A stretch of DNA of 64,000 nt from Hyphomicrobiaceae bacterium (lineage in GTDB: Bacteria; Pseudomonadota; Alphaproteobacteria; Rhizobiales; Hyphomicrobiaceae). The notes beneath the pieces were generated by a model. The model worked only from the letters and a program-made list of their open reading frames with translations, did not search any database and was not told the DNA's origin. Location: contig JBFWRV010000025.1 of the NCBI GenBank assembly GCA_050248715.1, forward strand, positions 802 to 64,801. The letters are read 5' to 3'. The position numbers and the translations under genes were made by a program. Positions 17,846 through 27,843 of the stretch are shown here, piece by piece; positions within the stretch are counted from its first letter, which is position 1, and the number at the start of each line of letters is the position of its first letter.

Positions 17846-19687
17846 GTGGCGGCAGATTCTTCAGCTTCGGGCGCGCATGGGGGCCTCGACGCGGCGCGTC
17901 GGGTGCTGCGAGATACGTTCGGCCACGCGGAGTTTCGTGGCCTGCAGGCCGGCGTGATCGGCGAGGTGCTGGCCGGGCGCAGTGCGCTCGCGGTGCTCCC
18001 GACGGGTGGCGGCAAGAGCCTGTGCTACCAGATCCCATCGCTGGTGCGGGCGGGCGTCGGCCTCGTGGTCTCGCCGCTGATCGCGCTCATGTCGGATCAG
18101 GTGGCGGCCCTGCAGCAGTCGGGCGTGGCGGCCGAGAAGCTCGACTCCAGCATCGGCTTCGACGAGCGCGACTTCATCTGGCACCGCATCGGCGAAGGGA
18201 CGCTTGATCTGCTCTATCTTTCGCCCGAAGGCCTGATGCAGCCGGCGATGCTGGAGCGCCTGGCCCGCGTGCCGCTGGCGCTGGTGGCCATCGATGAGGC
18301 GCACTGCGTCAGCCAATGGGGCCACGACTTCCGCCCCGAGTATCGCATGCTCGGTCGTCTTGCCGAGGTGTTCCCGCAAGCGCCTCGTCTCGCCGTCACC
18401 GCGACGGCCGACGCGCGCACGCGCGAGGATATCCGCGCGGAGCTCAAACTAGGCGGCGCGCGGGAGTTCGTGGACAGCTTCGCGCGGCCCGAGATCGCCC
18501 TGTCGGCGGAGCGCAAGCGCGGCAAGGGCCACTCCCGCGTGCTGGAGCTGGTGGCCGAGCGTCCCAGGCGTTCCGGCGTCGTTTACGCAGGCTCGCGCGA
18601 CGGAGTGGAGAAACTGGCCGAGTCGCTGGTTGCCGCAGGGGTGCCCGCGCTCGCCTATCATGCCGGCCTCGACAAGGGCGTGCGCGCGGAGCGGCTGGAG
18701 CACTACCTGGAAGCGGACGCGGCGGTGATGGTCGCCACCATCGCCTTCGGCATGGGCGTCGACAAGCCTGATGTGCGCTATGTCATCCACGCCGATCCGC
18801 CGGCCTCGATCGAGGCCTACTGGCAGGAGATCGGCCGCGCGGGGCGCGACGGCGCGCCCGCCGAGGGCATCACGCTCTATTCTTCGGCCGACCTCGCCTG
18901 GGCGCTCCGGCGCATCGATAGCCGTGACATCGACGGCAAGGTCAAGGGCGTGCAGGTGCGCAAGGTGCGCCAGCTCTACAATATGCTGGACGGCACGGGA
19001 TGCCGCGCGGGTGCGGTGCGGCGCTACTTCGGCGAGGCCGACGTCGCCGCGTGCGGGCAGTGCGACCTCTGCCTGAGCCTGCCCGCGGCGGCGGACGCGA
19101 CGGAAGCCGCGCAGAAGGCGCTCTCGGCCGTGCACCGCCTCGGTGGCCGGTTCGGGCGCGGGCGCGTCATCGACCATCTGCTCGGCAAGTCGACGGACGT
19201 GCCGGCCGCGGAGATGGGGATGTCGACCTTCGGCATCGGCCGCGAGTTCAGCGCCGCGGGCTGGCGCGATCTGCTGGACCAGCTCCTGTTCGAGGGCCTG
19301 CTGCGCGAGGATCCCAACGACGGCCGGCCGCTGATCGGGCTCGGCGAGGCCGAGGATGTGCGTGCCGTCTATCGCGGGGAGCGTCGCGTCGCCATGCGCC
19401 AGATGGCCGAGGCCAGCAAGACGCCGCGGGCGCGCAAGCGCGGCGGCGAGCGGCTCGGCGTGGAGCTGGCGGACGCGGCGCTTTTCGAAGCCCTGCGCGC
19501 GTGGCGGCGCGACCGCGCGGCCGAGCAGCACGTGCCGCCATACGTCATTTTTCACGACATCACGCTCTCGGCCATCGCGCGACAACGTCCTCTCAGCGCG
19601 GACGCGCTGGCCAAGGTGAGCGGCGTCGGGCAGAGGAAACTCGAACGCTATGGTGCCGACGTCCTGCAGATCGTGCGCGCAAGCTGA
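17846..19687 (+). CDS. recQ: ATP-dependent DNA helicase RecQ
   Basis: FGHAEFRGLQAGVI, LPTGGGKSLCYQIP, DEAHCVSQWGHDFRPEY, Zn-finger CGQCDLC and a C-terminal HRDC domain. The start is uncertain: no in-frame ATG follows the repeats, so I propose the GTG at 17846. Confidence 0.85.
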   Translation: MAADSSASGAHGGLDAARRVLRDTFGHAEFRGLQAGVIGEVLAGRSALAVLPTGGGKSLCYQIPSLVRAGVGLVVSPLIALMSDQVAALQQSGVAAEKLDSSIGFDERDFIWHRIGEGTLDLLYLSPEGLMQPAMLERLARVPLALVAIDEAHCVSQWGHDFRPEYRMLGRLAEVFPQAPRLAVTATADARTREDIRAELKLGGAREFVDSFARPEIALSAERKRGKGHSRVLELVAERPRRSGVVYAGSRDGVEKLAESLVAAGVPALAYHAGLDKGVRAERLEHYLEADAAVMVATIAFGMGVDKPDVRYVIHADPPASIEAYWQEIGRAGRDGAPAEGITLYSSADLAWALRRIDSRDIDGKVKGVQVRKVRQLYNMLDGTGCRAGAVRRYFGEADVAACGQCDLCLSLPAAADATEAAQKALSAVHRLGGRFGRGRVIDHLLGKSTDVPAAEMGMSTFGIGREFSAAGWRDLLDQLLFEGLLREDPNDGRPLIGLGEAEDVRAVYRGERRVAMRQMAEASKTPRARKRGGERLGVELADAALFEALRAWRRDRAAEQHVPPYVIFHDITLSAIARQRPLSADALAKVSGVGQRKLERYGADVLQIVRAS

Positions 19688-19706
19688 ACGAGGCGGCAGC
19701 TGCCCT

Positions 19707-19820
19707 GTCATGCCGGAATTTCGCAGCAGCGAAATATCCGGCACCCAGAGCCGACGCTTCCGGCCGGCTCCATGTGGCTCTGGTTCCCCGATATTCGCCT
19801 TCGGCGAATTCCGGGATGAT
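19707..19820. repeat. REP/MITE-like element, family A
   Basis: GTCATGCCGGAATTTCGC...GCGAAATATCCGG...CCGGGATGAT. Confidence 0.75.
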
Positions 19821-19843
19821 GGGGAGCAGGCTGGCAGATGGGG

Positions 19844-20143
19844 TCAGTCCTGGCACGGGCGGCCGCCGGCCGTGCAGGTGTATTGCCCGTCCTCCTGCGT
19901 GCAGCGATAGCTTGCGTCCTGTGCCTTGTTGTAATCGGCATACGATGCGCCGAGCGTGGGCATGGCGCGAACCTTGGCGCGCCAGTTGCCGCGGGCTTTG
20001 GCCTTGGCCAGAACCTCGAACCGCGACGGGTCGCCGCGCGCGCTGACGGCCTCGGCCGCGCATGTGGCGGCCCACGCCGGCGCACGCGGCACCAGCAGGA
20101 TCAGCAGCAGGCCGAGGGAAAGTGTGAACGGGATTGCAGGCAT
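19844..20143 (-). CDS. Small secreted Cys-containing protein, unknown function
   Basis: Signal peptide MPAIPFTLSLGLLLILLVPRAPAWA. The mature ~74 aa carry a C...GD...AKAKA...W...Y.D.N.A...Y.C...C...PC pattern shared with 23610-24140. Confidence 0.55.
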   Translation of the reverse strand: MPAIPFTLSLGLLLILLVPRAPAWAATCAAEAVSARGDPSRFEVLAKAKARGNWRAKVRAMPTLGASYADYNKAQDASYRCTQEDGQYTCTAGGRPCQD

Positions 20144-20241
20144 GCGCGGGCCATTGGTTGTGCATCGGGCAGCGGAACGATACGACTTCGCTGGCAGGGC
20201 GCCTAGGGCGGCCGGACACATGCGGCCGAAAGGAGCAGGCG

Positions 20242-20892
20242 ATGAGTGCATCCGATGATGTTCTTGAGAGATTCAAGGGGCTCGCCACGCCGACCATTGC
20301 CAATGCGCTGGACGACGTGGGGTTCGAGGGCGTGCTCGTCGGCCTGACCCAGATGGTACCCGGCACGCGCTGCATCGGCCGTGCCGTGACCGTGCGTGAG
20401 ATCACGGGACGGCGCGGCGATTTCACCTCCGCGGACTTCAAGGTCGGCCAGATCATCGACGCGGCCAGAGCCGGTGACGTGCTCGTCATCGACAACGGCG
20501 GACACTGCGTCTCGACCTTCGGCGGGCTTGCCACCCTGGCGGCCAAGCTCAAGGGTGTCGCGGGCCTCGTGGCCGATACCGGCGTGCGCGACCGCGAGGA
20601 GATGATCGAGCACCAGTTTCCCGTTTTCGCCCGCCACATGACGCCCCTGACGGGGCGCTCGCGTCTGGCGATCGCGGCCATCAACGAGCCGGTGAGCTGC
20701 GGTGGCGTGCGCGTGCGGCCGGGCGACGTGATCGTCGCGGACGGTTCGGGCGTCGTTTGTGTGCCGGCCGAGCATGCCGCCGAGGTTGCGCGGCTGGCGC
20801 TCGGCTACGCCAACGACGACGCCGCGGCGGCGGTCGAACTCGCCAAGGGACTGACCTTCAGCGCTGCGATGGCCAAGTTCGCACGCATCTGA
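20242..20892 (+). CDS. RraA-family protein (putative 4-hydroxy-4-methyl-2-oxoglutarate aldolase/oxaloacetate decarboxylase type)
   Basis: PTIANALDDVG, GRAVTVREI, GDVLVIDNGG, FGGLATLAAKLKGVAGLVADTGVRD. AGGAGCAGG RBS. Confidence 0.8.
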   Translation: MSASDDVLERFKGLATPTIANALDDVGFEGVLVGLTQMVPGTRCIGRAVTVREITGRRGDFTSADFKVGQIIDAARAGDVLVIDNGGHCVSTFGGLATLAAKLKGVAGLVADTGVRDREEMIEHQFPVFARHMTPLTGRSRLAIAAINEPVSCGGVRVRPGDVIVADGSGVVCVPAEHAAEVARLALGYANDDAAAAVELAKGLTFSAAMAKFARI

Positions 20893-20918
20893 GCCGGACG
20901 AGGCGCGGAAAACCACGC

Positions 20919-22214
20919 GTGAAACACCCCGCCGGCCAGGATGACGGGTTGAAGGCCGAGGAGGCCGGGCGCTCGTTTCTCACGACGCTGGTGACGCTCA
21001 CCTTCGTCATGAATCTCATCGCGCGCGGAGTGCCCGAGACGTTCGCGGTGTTCCTGCTGCCAGTGCAGCAGGGTCTCGGCGTCTCGCGCTCCAGTATCAC
21101 GCTCACGTACTCCGTCTACATGCTCGCCTACGGGTTCTCGGGGCCCCTGGCCGGTCAGCTGATCGACCGCGGCGGCGCGCGCGCCGCCTACGGCTTCGGA
21201 CTTGCGTGCCTGGGGCTCGGCTACTTCCTGGCAGGCTTCTCGACCGAGCTGTGGCACTACATGCTGACCGTCGGCTTCCTCGGCGGGCTCGGCGCCGCCG
21301 CTCTCGGCATGATCGCGGCCTCCGCGCTGCTGAGCCGCTGGTTCACCAGCCGCATCGGCTCGATCATGTCCCTGCCTTACGCCGCGATCGGCGCCGGCAT
21401 GCTGGTGCTGCCGCCGCTGACCCAGATGCTGCTCGGCGTCTATGACTGGCGTGTCACGCACATGATCCTCGGCGTCGGCGTCCTGGCGCTGCTGCCTTTG
21501 GTGATGCTGCTGCCGCTCGGCCGCATCTCGGCGGGTTCAAAGGCGTGGCGGGCGCTGCGCATCAGCGCGTCAGGTGCGCCCACGAACCCCTGGACGATCG
21601 CGGCGACGTTGCGCACCAGCGCGTTCTGGGGCCTTTTCCTCGCCTATCTCTCCACGGCCGTGGCTGCCTACAGCGTCGTGCCCCATTCGGTTGCCTACCT
21701 GGTCGAGCAGGGCTTCGACCGGCAGCTGGCGGCGAATGCCTTTGGCCTCGCCGGCATGCTCTCGGCGGTCGGCATCGTCGCCGTGGGATGGCTCTCGGAC
21801 CGCTTCGGCCGCCGGCAGACGGCGACGCTCACGTACCTGTCGACCATTACAGGCATCGCCGCGCTGTCTCTCATTTCGATCTGGCCGTCGCTGGCGCTCG
21901 TCTACATGTTCGTTCTCTTCTTCGGCCTCGTGCAGGGTGCACGTGGGCCCATCATCGTCGCCATGGTGGCACGGATGTTTCCGGGCGGGGTCGGGGTGGT
22001 TTACGGGACGCTGTCGGTCGCGCAGGGTGTGGGTGCGGCGTTCGGATCGTGGGCCTCGGGGCTGCTCTACGAGCTGACCGGGAACTACAGGGCGTCGTTC
22101 ATGCTGGCCATCTGCGGGGCGCTGGTCGGGCTTTCCTCGTTCTGGCTCGTCCGCAGCCTGCGCGAGGAGCGGGTGGCGGCGCTGCCCGCCTCCGAGCCGG
22201 CGCGAGCACCGTGA
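20919..22214 (+). CDS. MFS transporter
   Basis: 12-TM profile, with a DRGGAR-type loop after TM2 and DRFGRR after TM8. A GTG start at 20919 is proposed. Confidence 0.8.
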   Translation: MKHPAGQDDGLKAEEAGRSFLTTLVTLTFVMNLIARGVPETFAVFLLPVQQGLGVSRSSITLTYSVYMLAYGFSGPLAGQLIDRGGARAAYGFGLACLGLGYFLAGFSTELWHYMLTVGFLGGLGAAALGMIAASALLSRWFTSRIGSIMSLPYAAIGAGMLVLPPLTQMLLGVYDWRVTHMILGVGVLALLPLVMLLPLGRISAGSKAWRALRISASGAPTNPWTIAATLRTSAFWGLFLAYLSTAVAAYSVVPHSVAYLVEQGFDRQLAANAFGLAGMLSAVGIVAVGWLSDRFGRRQTATLTYLSTITGIAALSLISIWPSLALVYMFVLFFGLVQGARGPIIVAMVARMFPGGVGVVYGTLSVAQGVGAAFGSWASGLLYELTGNYRASFMLAICGALVGLSSFWLVRSLREERVAALPASEPARAP

Positions 22215-22263
22215 AGACTGCACGGGCAGGCTGGCGAACGCCGGGACGAGCCGGTGGATGCGT

Positions 22264-22291
22264 GCCTGGGTCCGGCCTTCGCCGGGATGAC
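22264..22291. repeat. Half element of repeat family A
   Basis: CCTGGGTCCGGCCTTCGCCGGGATGAC. Confidence 0.55.
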
Positions 22292-22375
22292 GTTGGTTGA
22301 TGGCGCGTGCGGTGCTGCGACGTCGTTCTGGCGGAGGCCGGAATCCCGCACACTGGGCAAGGGAGCTCTGCTGCA

Positions 22376-23401
22376 ATGGTCCAACACCGCATCGCTCTCG
22401 TCGGCCTCGGCATGGCCGTGACGCCGCACGCCAAGAGCCTCGTCGACCTGGCTGATCGCGCCGAGGTCGTGCGCGCCATCAGCCCGAGCGCGGGACGGCG
22501 GGAGGCCTTCGGCGCCCGCTTTCCGTTTCCGGTCGCTGACAGCCTGGCCGCCGTGCTGGAAGACGCGAGCATCGATGCGGTGGCCGTGCTGACGCCGCCG
22601 AGCACTCATCTCGAGATCGTCACGGCCCTGGCGCGCGCGGGCAAGCACGTGCTGCTGGAGAAGCCGCTCGATGTGTCCACGGCACGGGCCGAGCAGCTGG
22701 TGGCCGCCTGTCGCGATGCCGGCGTCGTGCTCGGCGTCGTGCTGCAGCATCGCTTCAAGCCGGCGGCCGAGCGGCTTGCCGGCATCCTGCGTGCGGGCGA
22801 ACTCGGCGAGATCGTCAACTGCTCCACCAGCATTCGCCTGTGGCGCCCGCAGAGCTATTACGAGGAGCCCGGCCGCGGCACGCGGGCCCGCGACGGCGGG
22901 GGCGTGCTGCTGACGCAGGGCATCCACACGCTCGACCTGATGCTCAGCCTCTCCGGCCCCGTGGCGGAGGTCGTCGGCTACGCGCGCACCTCGCCGGTGC
23001 ATCGCATGGAGACCGAGGACCTCGTGTGCGCCGCGGTGCGCTTTGCCGACGGCGCCGTCGGGGTCATCGACGCCACCACGGCCGCCTTTCCCGGCGCCCC
23101 CGAGCGCATCGAGCTGATCGGTACGAAGGGTACGGCGTCATTGGCAGGCACGGCGCTGGCGGTGCACTTTCATGATGGACGCCGCGTGGCGGTCGAGGCC
23201 GACGCATCTCCCGGCGGAACCGGCGCCGACCCGATGGCCTTTCCGCACGACTATCATCTGGGGGTCTGGCGCGACTTCCTCGACGCCATCGATGCCGGCC
23301 GTCTCCCGCGGGTCTGCGGGGAGGAAGCGCTCAAGGTGCACCGCCTGATCGATGCGCTGCTGGAGGCGGGAGCGAGCGGGCGCGAGGCCGAAGTGCGCTG
23401 A
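22376..23401 (+). CDS. Gfo/Idh/MocA family NAD(P)-dependent oxidoreductase
   Basis: IALVGLGMAVTPHAKSL Rossmann N-terminus and a GKHVLLEKPL motif. Confidence 0.85.
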   Translation: MVQHRIALVGLGMAVTPHAKSLVDLADRAEVVRAISPSAGRREAFGARFPFPVADSLAAVLEDASIDAVAVLTPPSTHLEIVTALARAGKHVLLEKPLDVSTARAEQLVAACRDAGVVLGVVLQHRFKPAAERLAGILRAGELGEIVNCSTSIRLWRPQSYYEEPGRGTRARDGGGVLLTQGIHTLDLMLSLSGPVAEVVGYARTSPVHRMETEDLVCAAVRFADGAVGVIDATTAAFPGAPERIELIGTKGTASLAGTALAVHFHDGRRVAVEADASPGGTGADPMAFPHDYHLGVWRDFLDAIDAGRLPRVCGEEALKVHRLIDALLEAGASGREAEVR

Positions 23402-23417
23402 CGCCCGTGCTGGGGTG

Positions 23418-23454
23418 GTAGGGCGCCAATGCGGATTCGCCTTTTGCGCCCCAC
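23418..23454. repeat. Single arm of repeat family B
   Basis: GTAGGGCGCCAATGCGGATTCGCCTTTTGCGCCCCAC. A family D motif (CCTTCGACAAGCTCAGGACG) follows at 23541-23567. Confidence 0.65.
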
Positions 23455-23609
23455 GCGCTGTACCCGGCCCAACATCTCGACCGAGCCCGACCACGACCCA
23501 GTGCCGACGAGCCTGTCGAAGCACGGCCGGCACGCGCGGCCCGTCCTTCGACAAGCTCAGGACGACGATCGGCAGGGCGAGGGCGTGCAGGACGAGGGTG
23601 AGCCCCGCT

Positions 23610-24140
23610 TTACTTCTCGCTCACCTCGCGCGGGGGATGGCAGGGCTGTGCCTCGACCTCGCAGCGCGTGAAGGTCTGGCCCAGCGTCGTCACCCCGCCC
23701 TCCTTGATCGAGGAGCGCGAGCACGTGTAGTTGACGTGGCGGGCGTTGTTGAGGTCCATGAACTTCTCGCCCAGGTGGAAGCGGATCGTGCCGGCCCACG
23801 AATCGTTGGCGGCCTTCTTGGCGCCGTCGAGGGTCAGATGTTGATCGCCCACGGCCCGTCGCATTTCGCGGCAGGTGGGTCCGTCCTCGTACCCCTCGCG
23901 GCGAACATAGCTGTAGACGCGAGTTCTGCTGTGGGGCCGCGCGGCCTGTCGCGGGCGGTAGCAGCGGCCGTCGCTGCGGCAGTAAACACGCGCATAGTGC
24001 GGTCTGCCGTCGCGATGGGTGCCGACGCGGCGGACCTCCCAGTTGCCCGATTCGGTGCTTTGCGCCGGCTCCGGCAGGAGCAATGCCGCCACTGCGGCAG
24101 CCACCAACCAAGCCGTGCGTTCCCAACCCCTGCGTGTCAT
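23610..24140 (-). CDS. Secreted Cys-containing protein, unknown function (paralogous C-terminal module to 19844-20143)
   Basis: Signal-like MTRRGWERTAWLVAAAVAALLLPEPAQS. C-terminal TCREMRRAVGDQ...GAKKAANDSW...FMDLNNARHVNYTC...RCEVEAQPC. Confidence 0.55.
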   Translation of the reverse strand: MTRRGWERTAWLVAAAVAALLLPEPAQSTESGNWEVRRVGTHRDGRPHYARVYCRSDGRCYRPRQAARPHSRTRVYSYVRREGYEDGPTCREMRRAVGDQHLTLDGAKKAANDSWAGTIRFHLGEKFMDLNNARHVNYTCSRSSIKEGGVTTLGQTFTRCEVEAQPCHPPREVSEK

Positions 24141-24429
24141 GTGTGCCCTCCACGCTCCCAACGGTGCATGCGGGGCGGATGCTATACAATTCGAGAGTCG
24201 TCTCAACCGACTGCCCCCGCAATCCACAGGAGACACGCGTGTCTGGCGCCGCGAGAGGCGTTCCCGCCACGATGCCGCCGATTTGCGTGGAAAGGCGGGC
24301 CAATTCAGCGAAGTCATTGCGACGCGCGGGGCTGCGTCGCCGGGCCCGCATAGGCGGCAGCCTCTGTCGCGTTGCCGCCCGGCGCGAGCGATGCTTTCAT
24401 TGGCCGACACGCACGCCGGGGACTCCTCC

Positions 24430-26571
24430 ATGCCTGATCTTGGCGCCTTGCTTTGGCCGCGCACGGTTGCGCTCATCGGCGCGTCGGCAGATGCGGAGAG
24501 CCTGCGCGGTCGGATCTTCAACGTCATGCGGGGCCACGCGTTTGCCGGCACGCTCTATCCCGTGAGCCGCAGCAGCGCCGAGGTGCTGGGCGTCAAGGCC
24601 TACCCCTCCGTTGCCGACCTGCCGCAACCGGCCGATCTCGCCGTCATCATCATCCCCGCGGAGCACGTGCCGGCGGAGCTGGAGCGCTGCGGCAAGGCGG
24701 GCGTGCGCTCGGCGGTGATCCTGAGCTCGGGGTTCGCGGAGGCCTCGGGCGACTCAGGGACGAGCCTGCAGGCCGAGATCCGTGCCGTGGCCAGGCGCTA
24801 CGATATGGCCGTGTCAGGCCCGAACTCGGAGGGCTTCGCCAACATCGCCGCCAACCTGTGCCCGACCTTCAGCCCGGCCATGGAGGCGAGCGAGCGTCCG
24901 CTGGTGCCGGCAGGCCGCCCGCGCCGGCAGATGGCGGTGGCGGCGCAGAGCGGCGGTATGGGCTTTGCCTTCTTCGACCACGGCCGCGCCAAGGAGCTGT
25001 CGTTCCGCTACATCGTAACGACCGGCAACGAGGCATGCCTCGAGGCGCTCGACTTCGCCGAGTTCATCATCGACGAGGGCAAGACCGATGCGCTGCTTCT
25101 GCTGCTCGAGGACGTCAAGACGCCCGAGACGTTCCGGCGCGTTGCCGAGAAGGCGCTGAAGGCCGGCACGCCTCTCATCGTCAACAAGATCGGCCAGTCG
25201 GATGCGGGCGTGCGCGCGGCAGCCTCCCATACGGCCGCGCTCGCCGGCGCCTACCGCGCCTACCAGGCGATGTTTGCGCGCTACGGCATCATCGAGGGCG
25301 GCGATATCTCGGAGATGGTCGACATGGCCGCCGGCTTCCTGGCCTGGCGCGACAGGCTGCCGCTGGGGCGGCGGGTCGGCATCTGCACGGCCTCGGGTGG
25401 CGGCGGGGGCTGGATGGCGGACGCCTGCACGGCCGCGGGGCTGGAGGTTCCCGTGCTCGATGACGCAACACGCCGCCGCATCGACGAGCATCTGCCGTCC
25501 TATGGCACCTCGCAGAACCCCGTCGATGCCACGGCGCAGGCCGTCTCCAGGATCGGCTATGCGGGCCTCGCCCGGCTGATGCTCCCTTCGCCCGAGATCG
25601 ACGGCATCGTCGTGGTCATGACGGGACGCAACGCACACAACCTGGAGCGCCAGAAGGAAGCCCTGTCCAGCCTCGCCGAGACCGCGGAGAAGCCAATCCT
25701 GATGTGGAGCTACACGCTACCGGCGCAGCGCTCGGTGCAGATCGTCGGCGAGGCCGGCTACCCCCTCTATACCGACATCGGTAATTGCGCGCGCACCATG
25801 CGGGCGATGGCGGACCACCGCGCCGTGCGCGAGCGCTTCCTGCGTCCAATCGAGGTCACGAGCCGATACGCCGCGGACAAGGAGACGGCGCAGCGGCTCC
25901 TGGCGGTGGCCGGGCCGGCGCTCAGCGAGTGGGAGGCGCGGCCCATCCTCGCCGCCTACGGCATCGGCACGAATTCGGCCGGCACGCTGGCGACCTCGGC
26001 GGCGTCGGCAAGTGCGGCGGCCGAGGCCATCGGCGGCCCTGTTGCGCTCAAGGTGCAGTCGCCCGACATCCTGCACAAGACGGAAGCCCAGGCCGTGACG
26101 CTGAACGTGCCACCCCGGGACGTCGCCGCCGGCTACGAGCGCGTGCTGGCCAATGCACGCCGACATGTGCCCGGCGCGCGCATCCCGGGCGTGCTGGTGC
26201 AGCCGATGGCGCCCTCCGGGCGCGAGGTGATCCTCGGCATCAAACGCGACGCCACGTTCGGCCCGTTGCTGATGGTGGGGCTCGGCGGCGTCGCGGTGGA
26301 GGTGCTGAAGGACGTGGCCCTGGCGCCGGTGCCGCTGAGCACCGCCGAAGCAGGCGCGCTTGTTGCGCAACTCAAGGGCGCGGCCTTGCTCGAGGCGCAT
26401 CGCGGCGCGCCACCGGCCGATGTCGATGCCCTGGTCGAGCTGATGGTCCGGCTTGGCCGCTTCGCCGCCGACCATGCCGAGACGGTCGCCGAGATCGATC
26501 TCAACCCTGTGCTGGTGCACGCGAAGGGCAAGGGCGTGTCGGTCGTGGATGCCTTGATCTTGAAGGGGTAG
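24430..26571 (+). CDS. ADP-forming acyl-CoA synthetase (fused CoA-binding/ligase-CoA + ATP-grasp domains)
   Basis: VALIGAS...YPVS CoA-binding N-terminus, GPNSEGF, and a C-terminal ATP-grasp_5-like part (ALKVQSPDILHKTEA). 713 aa from the ATG at 24430. Confidence 0.85.
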   Translation: MPDLGALLWPRTVALIGASADAESLRGRIFNVMRGHAFAGTLYPVSRSSAEVLGVKAYPSVADLPQPADLAVIIIPAEHVPAELERCGKAGVRSAVILSSGFAEASGDSGTSLQAEIRAVARRYDMAVSGPNSEGFANIAANLCPTFSPAMEASERPLVPAGRPRRQMAVAAQSGGMGFAFFDHGRAKELSFRYIVTTGNEACLEALDFAEFIIDEGKTDALLLLLEDVKTPETFRRVAEKALKAGTPLIVNKIGQSDAGVRAAASHTAALAGAYRAYQAMFARYGIIEGGDISEMVDMAAGFLAWRDRLPLGRRVGICTASGGGGGWMADACTAAGLEVPVLDDATRRRIDEHLPSYGTSQNPVDATAQAVSRIGYAGLARLMLPSPEIDGIVVVMTGRNAHNLERQKEALSSLAETAEKPILMWSYTLPAQRSVQIVGEAGYPLYTDIGNCARTMRAMADHRAVRERFLRPIEVTSRYAADKETAQRLLAVAGPALSEWEARPILAAYGIGTNSAGTLATSAASASAAAEAIGGPVALKVQSPDILHKTEAQAVTLNVPPRDVAAGYERVLANARRHVPGARIPGVLVQPMAPSGREVILGIKRDATFGPLLMVGLGGVAVEVLKDVALAPVPLSTAEAGALVAQLKGAALLEAHRGAPPADVDALVELMVRLGRFAADHAETVAEIDLNPVLVHAKGKGVSVVDALILKG

Positions 26572-26778
26572 GGCCCGCAGTCGACCTGCGGTCATCGCGG
26601 CGGTTGTCTCCGGAAACTGAATTTGCCATCGCGCCAAGCGCCGGCGATCTCGGATGGGTGGATCGCAGTCACACACCGGCAGGAATCCGGTTATCCACAA
26701 TTAAGTGCCCCTCGGGACGCTTGCAGCCCGAATCACTTTCGACCCTGCACGAAGTGGGGGAAGTCCGAGGGTCGGTGA

Positions 26779-27603
26779 ATGAGCTTACGGCAACCGGTTG
26801 TGGCGCTCGTGCTGTTGTGTCTTGGCGGATGTGCGGCGGCGGAGCGTACGGTGTCCGCCTTTTTCCCAGATCGATTTCCGGGGTTGCCGATGCTGGCGCT
26901 GGAGCCGGCGCAGCCGGATCCGACGACCGAGCGCGCCCCTTCTGCCCGACCCAAGGTGGTCAAGCCGCCGAGGCCCGAGCCGGTTCTCGCGCGGGCGGCC
27001 GCGCCGGTGCTGCCGGCCTGGAGCATCCCGGCACCCAAGCCCCAGCGCATGCTGCAGTACGGACTGTCGCCAAGCGAGCTGTTCAAGGCGCTGAACCCGT
27101 CCGTCTACACGGTCGCGGTGGTCGGGCAGGCGGCTCGCTCCCAGGGTTCCGCCGTCGCCATATCGGCAAGGGAAGCCGTGACGAACTGCCATGTCGTTTC
27201 GCCCGGCGGGGCGATCACGCTGCTCAACGGTGCGGTGTCCCTCAGGGCCGAAGTGGTGGGCGCGGATCTTGCGACGGATCGCTGCTACCTGAGGGCACTG
27301 GATGGCGAGTTGCAGCCGGTCCCGGGCTTCCGCGACTACTCCGGCCTGGTGGTCGGCGAGACCGTCTACACGATCGGGTCGCCCAAGGGGCTCGTCAACA
27401 CGCTGGGCTCGGGTCTCCTGTCGGGGCTCAGGATCTCGGAGGACAAGATCGCCTACATCCAGATCACCGCGCCCGTGTCGGCCGGCTCGTCGGGTGGCGG
27501 ACTGTTCGATGATCGCGGCAACCTGATCGGCATCACGACCTTCACGATCAAGGACTCGCAGAACCTGAACTTCGCCATCGCGGCCTCACAGTTCTGGGAG
27601 TGA
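26779..27603 (+). CDS. Lipoprotein trypsin-like serine protease (S1C-like, no PDZ)
   Basis: Lipobox LLCLGGC. Catalytic triad context TNCHVV / ATDRCYL / SAGSSGGGLFD. Confidence 0.8.
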   Translation: MSLRQPVVALVLLCLGGCAAAERTVSAFFPDRFPGLPMLALEPAQPDPTTERAPSARPKVVKPPRPEPVLARAAAPVLPAWSIPAPKPQRMLQYGLSPSELFKALNPSVYTVAVVGQAARSQGSAVAISAREAVTNCHVVSPGGAITLLNGAVSLRAEVVGADLATDRCYLRALDGELQPVPGFRDYSGLVVGETVYTIGSPKGLVNTLGSGLLSGLRISEDKIAYIQITAPVSAGSSGGGLFDDRGNLIGITTFTIKDSQNLNFAIAASQFWE

Positions 27604-27843
27604 CCGGTCGACGGACAGACCGACAACCCGGTAGGTCTTGATGAGGCGGCGATCATCCTCCGGGAAGGAAGAGATTTCGGGCGATTCGAACAAGACAATG
27701 CTTGCCAAGATGTGCTGTGGGGTTTGAGAGCTCGATCGATTGCTGAAGAATCATCCGCCTTCCGAATCCAACTGCTGGGTCGGGGAGGTGGGCACGCATT
27801 CTGCTGAGCTCCCTCTTCGCCTTGTCAAGGTCATGCCGGCGCA

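Noticed and set aside
20919-22214. Calling the MFS protein an OxlT-type oxalate:formate antiporter because of the oxalate genes nearby
   Set aside because: I could not recognise OFA-family signature residues by eye, it lies 3.4 kb and one helicase gene away from the oxalate module, and it belongs to a different transcription unit.
24019-24429. 137-codon N-terminal extension of the acyl-CoA synthetase ORF
   Set aside because: It overlaps the divergent secreted-protein gene and its promoter region. The CoA-binding domain starts at MPDLGALLWPRTVALIGAS (24430).
27685-27700. TTCGAAC word that might indicate a tRNA T-arm
   Set aside because: There is no flanking acceptor, anticodon or D-arm complementarity. 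I could not fold a tRNA anywhere in the window.
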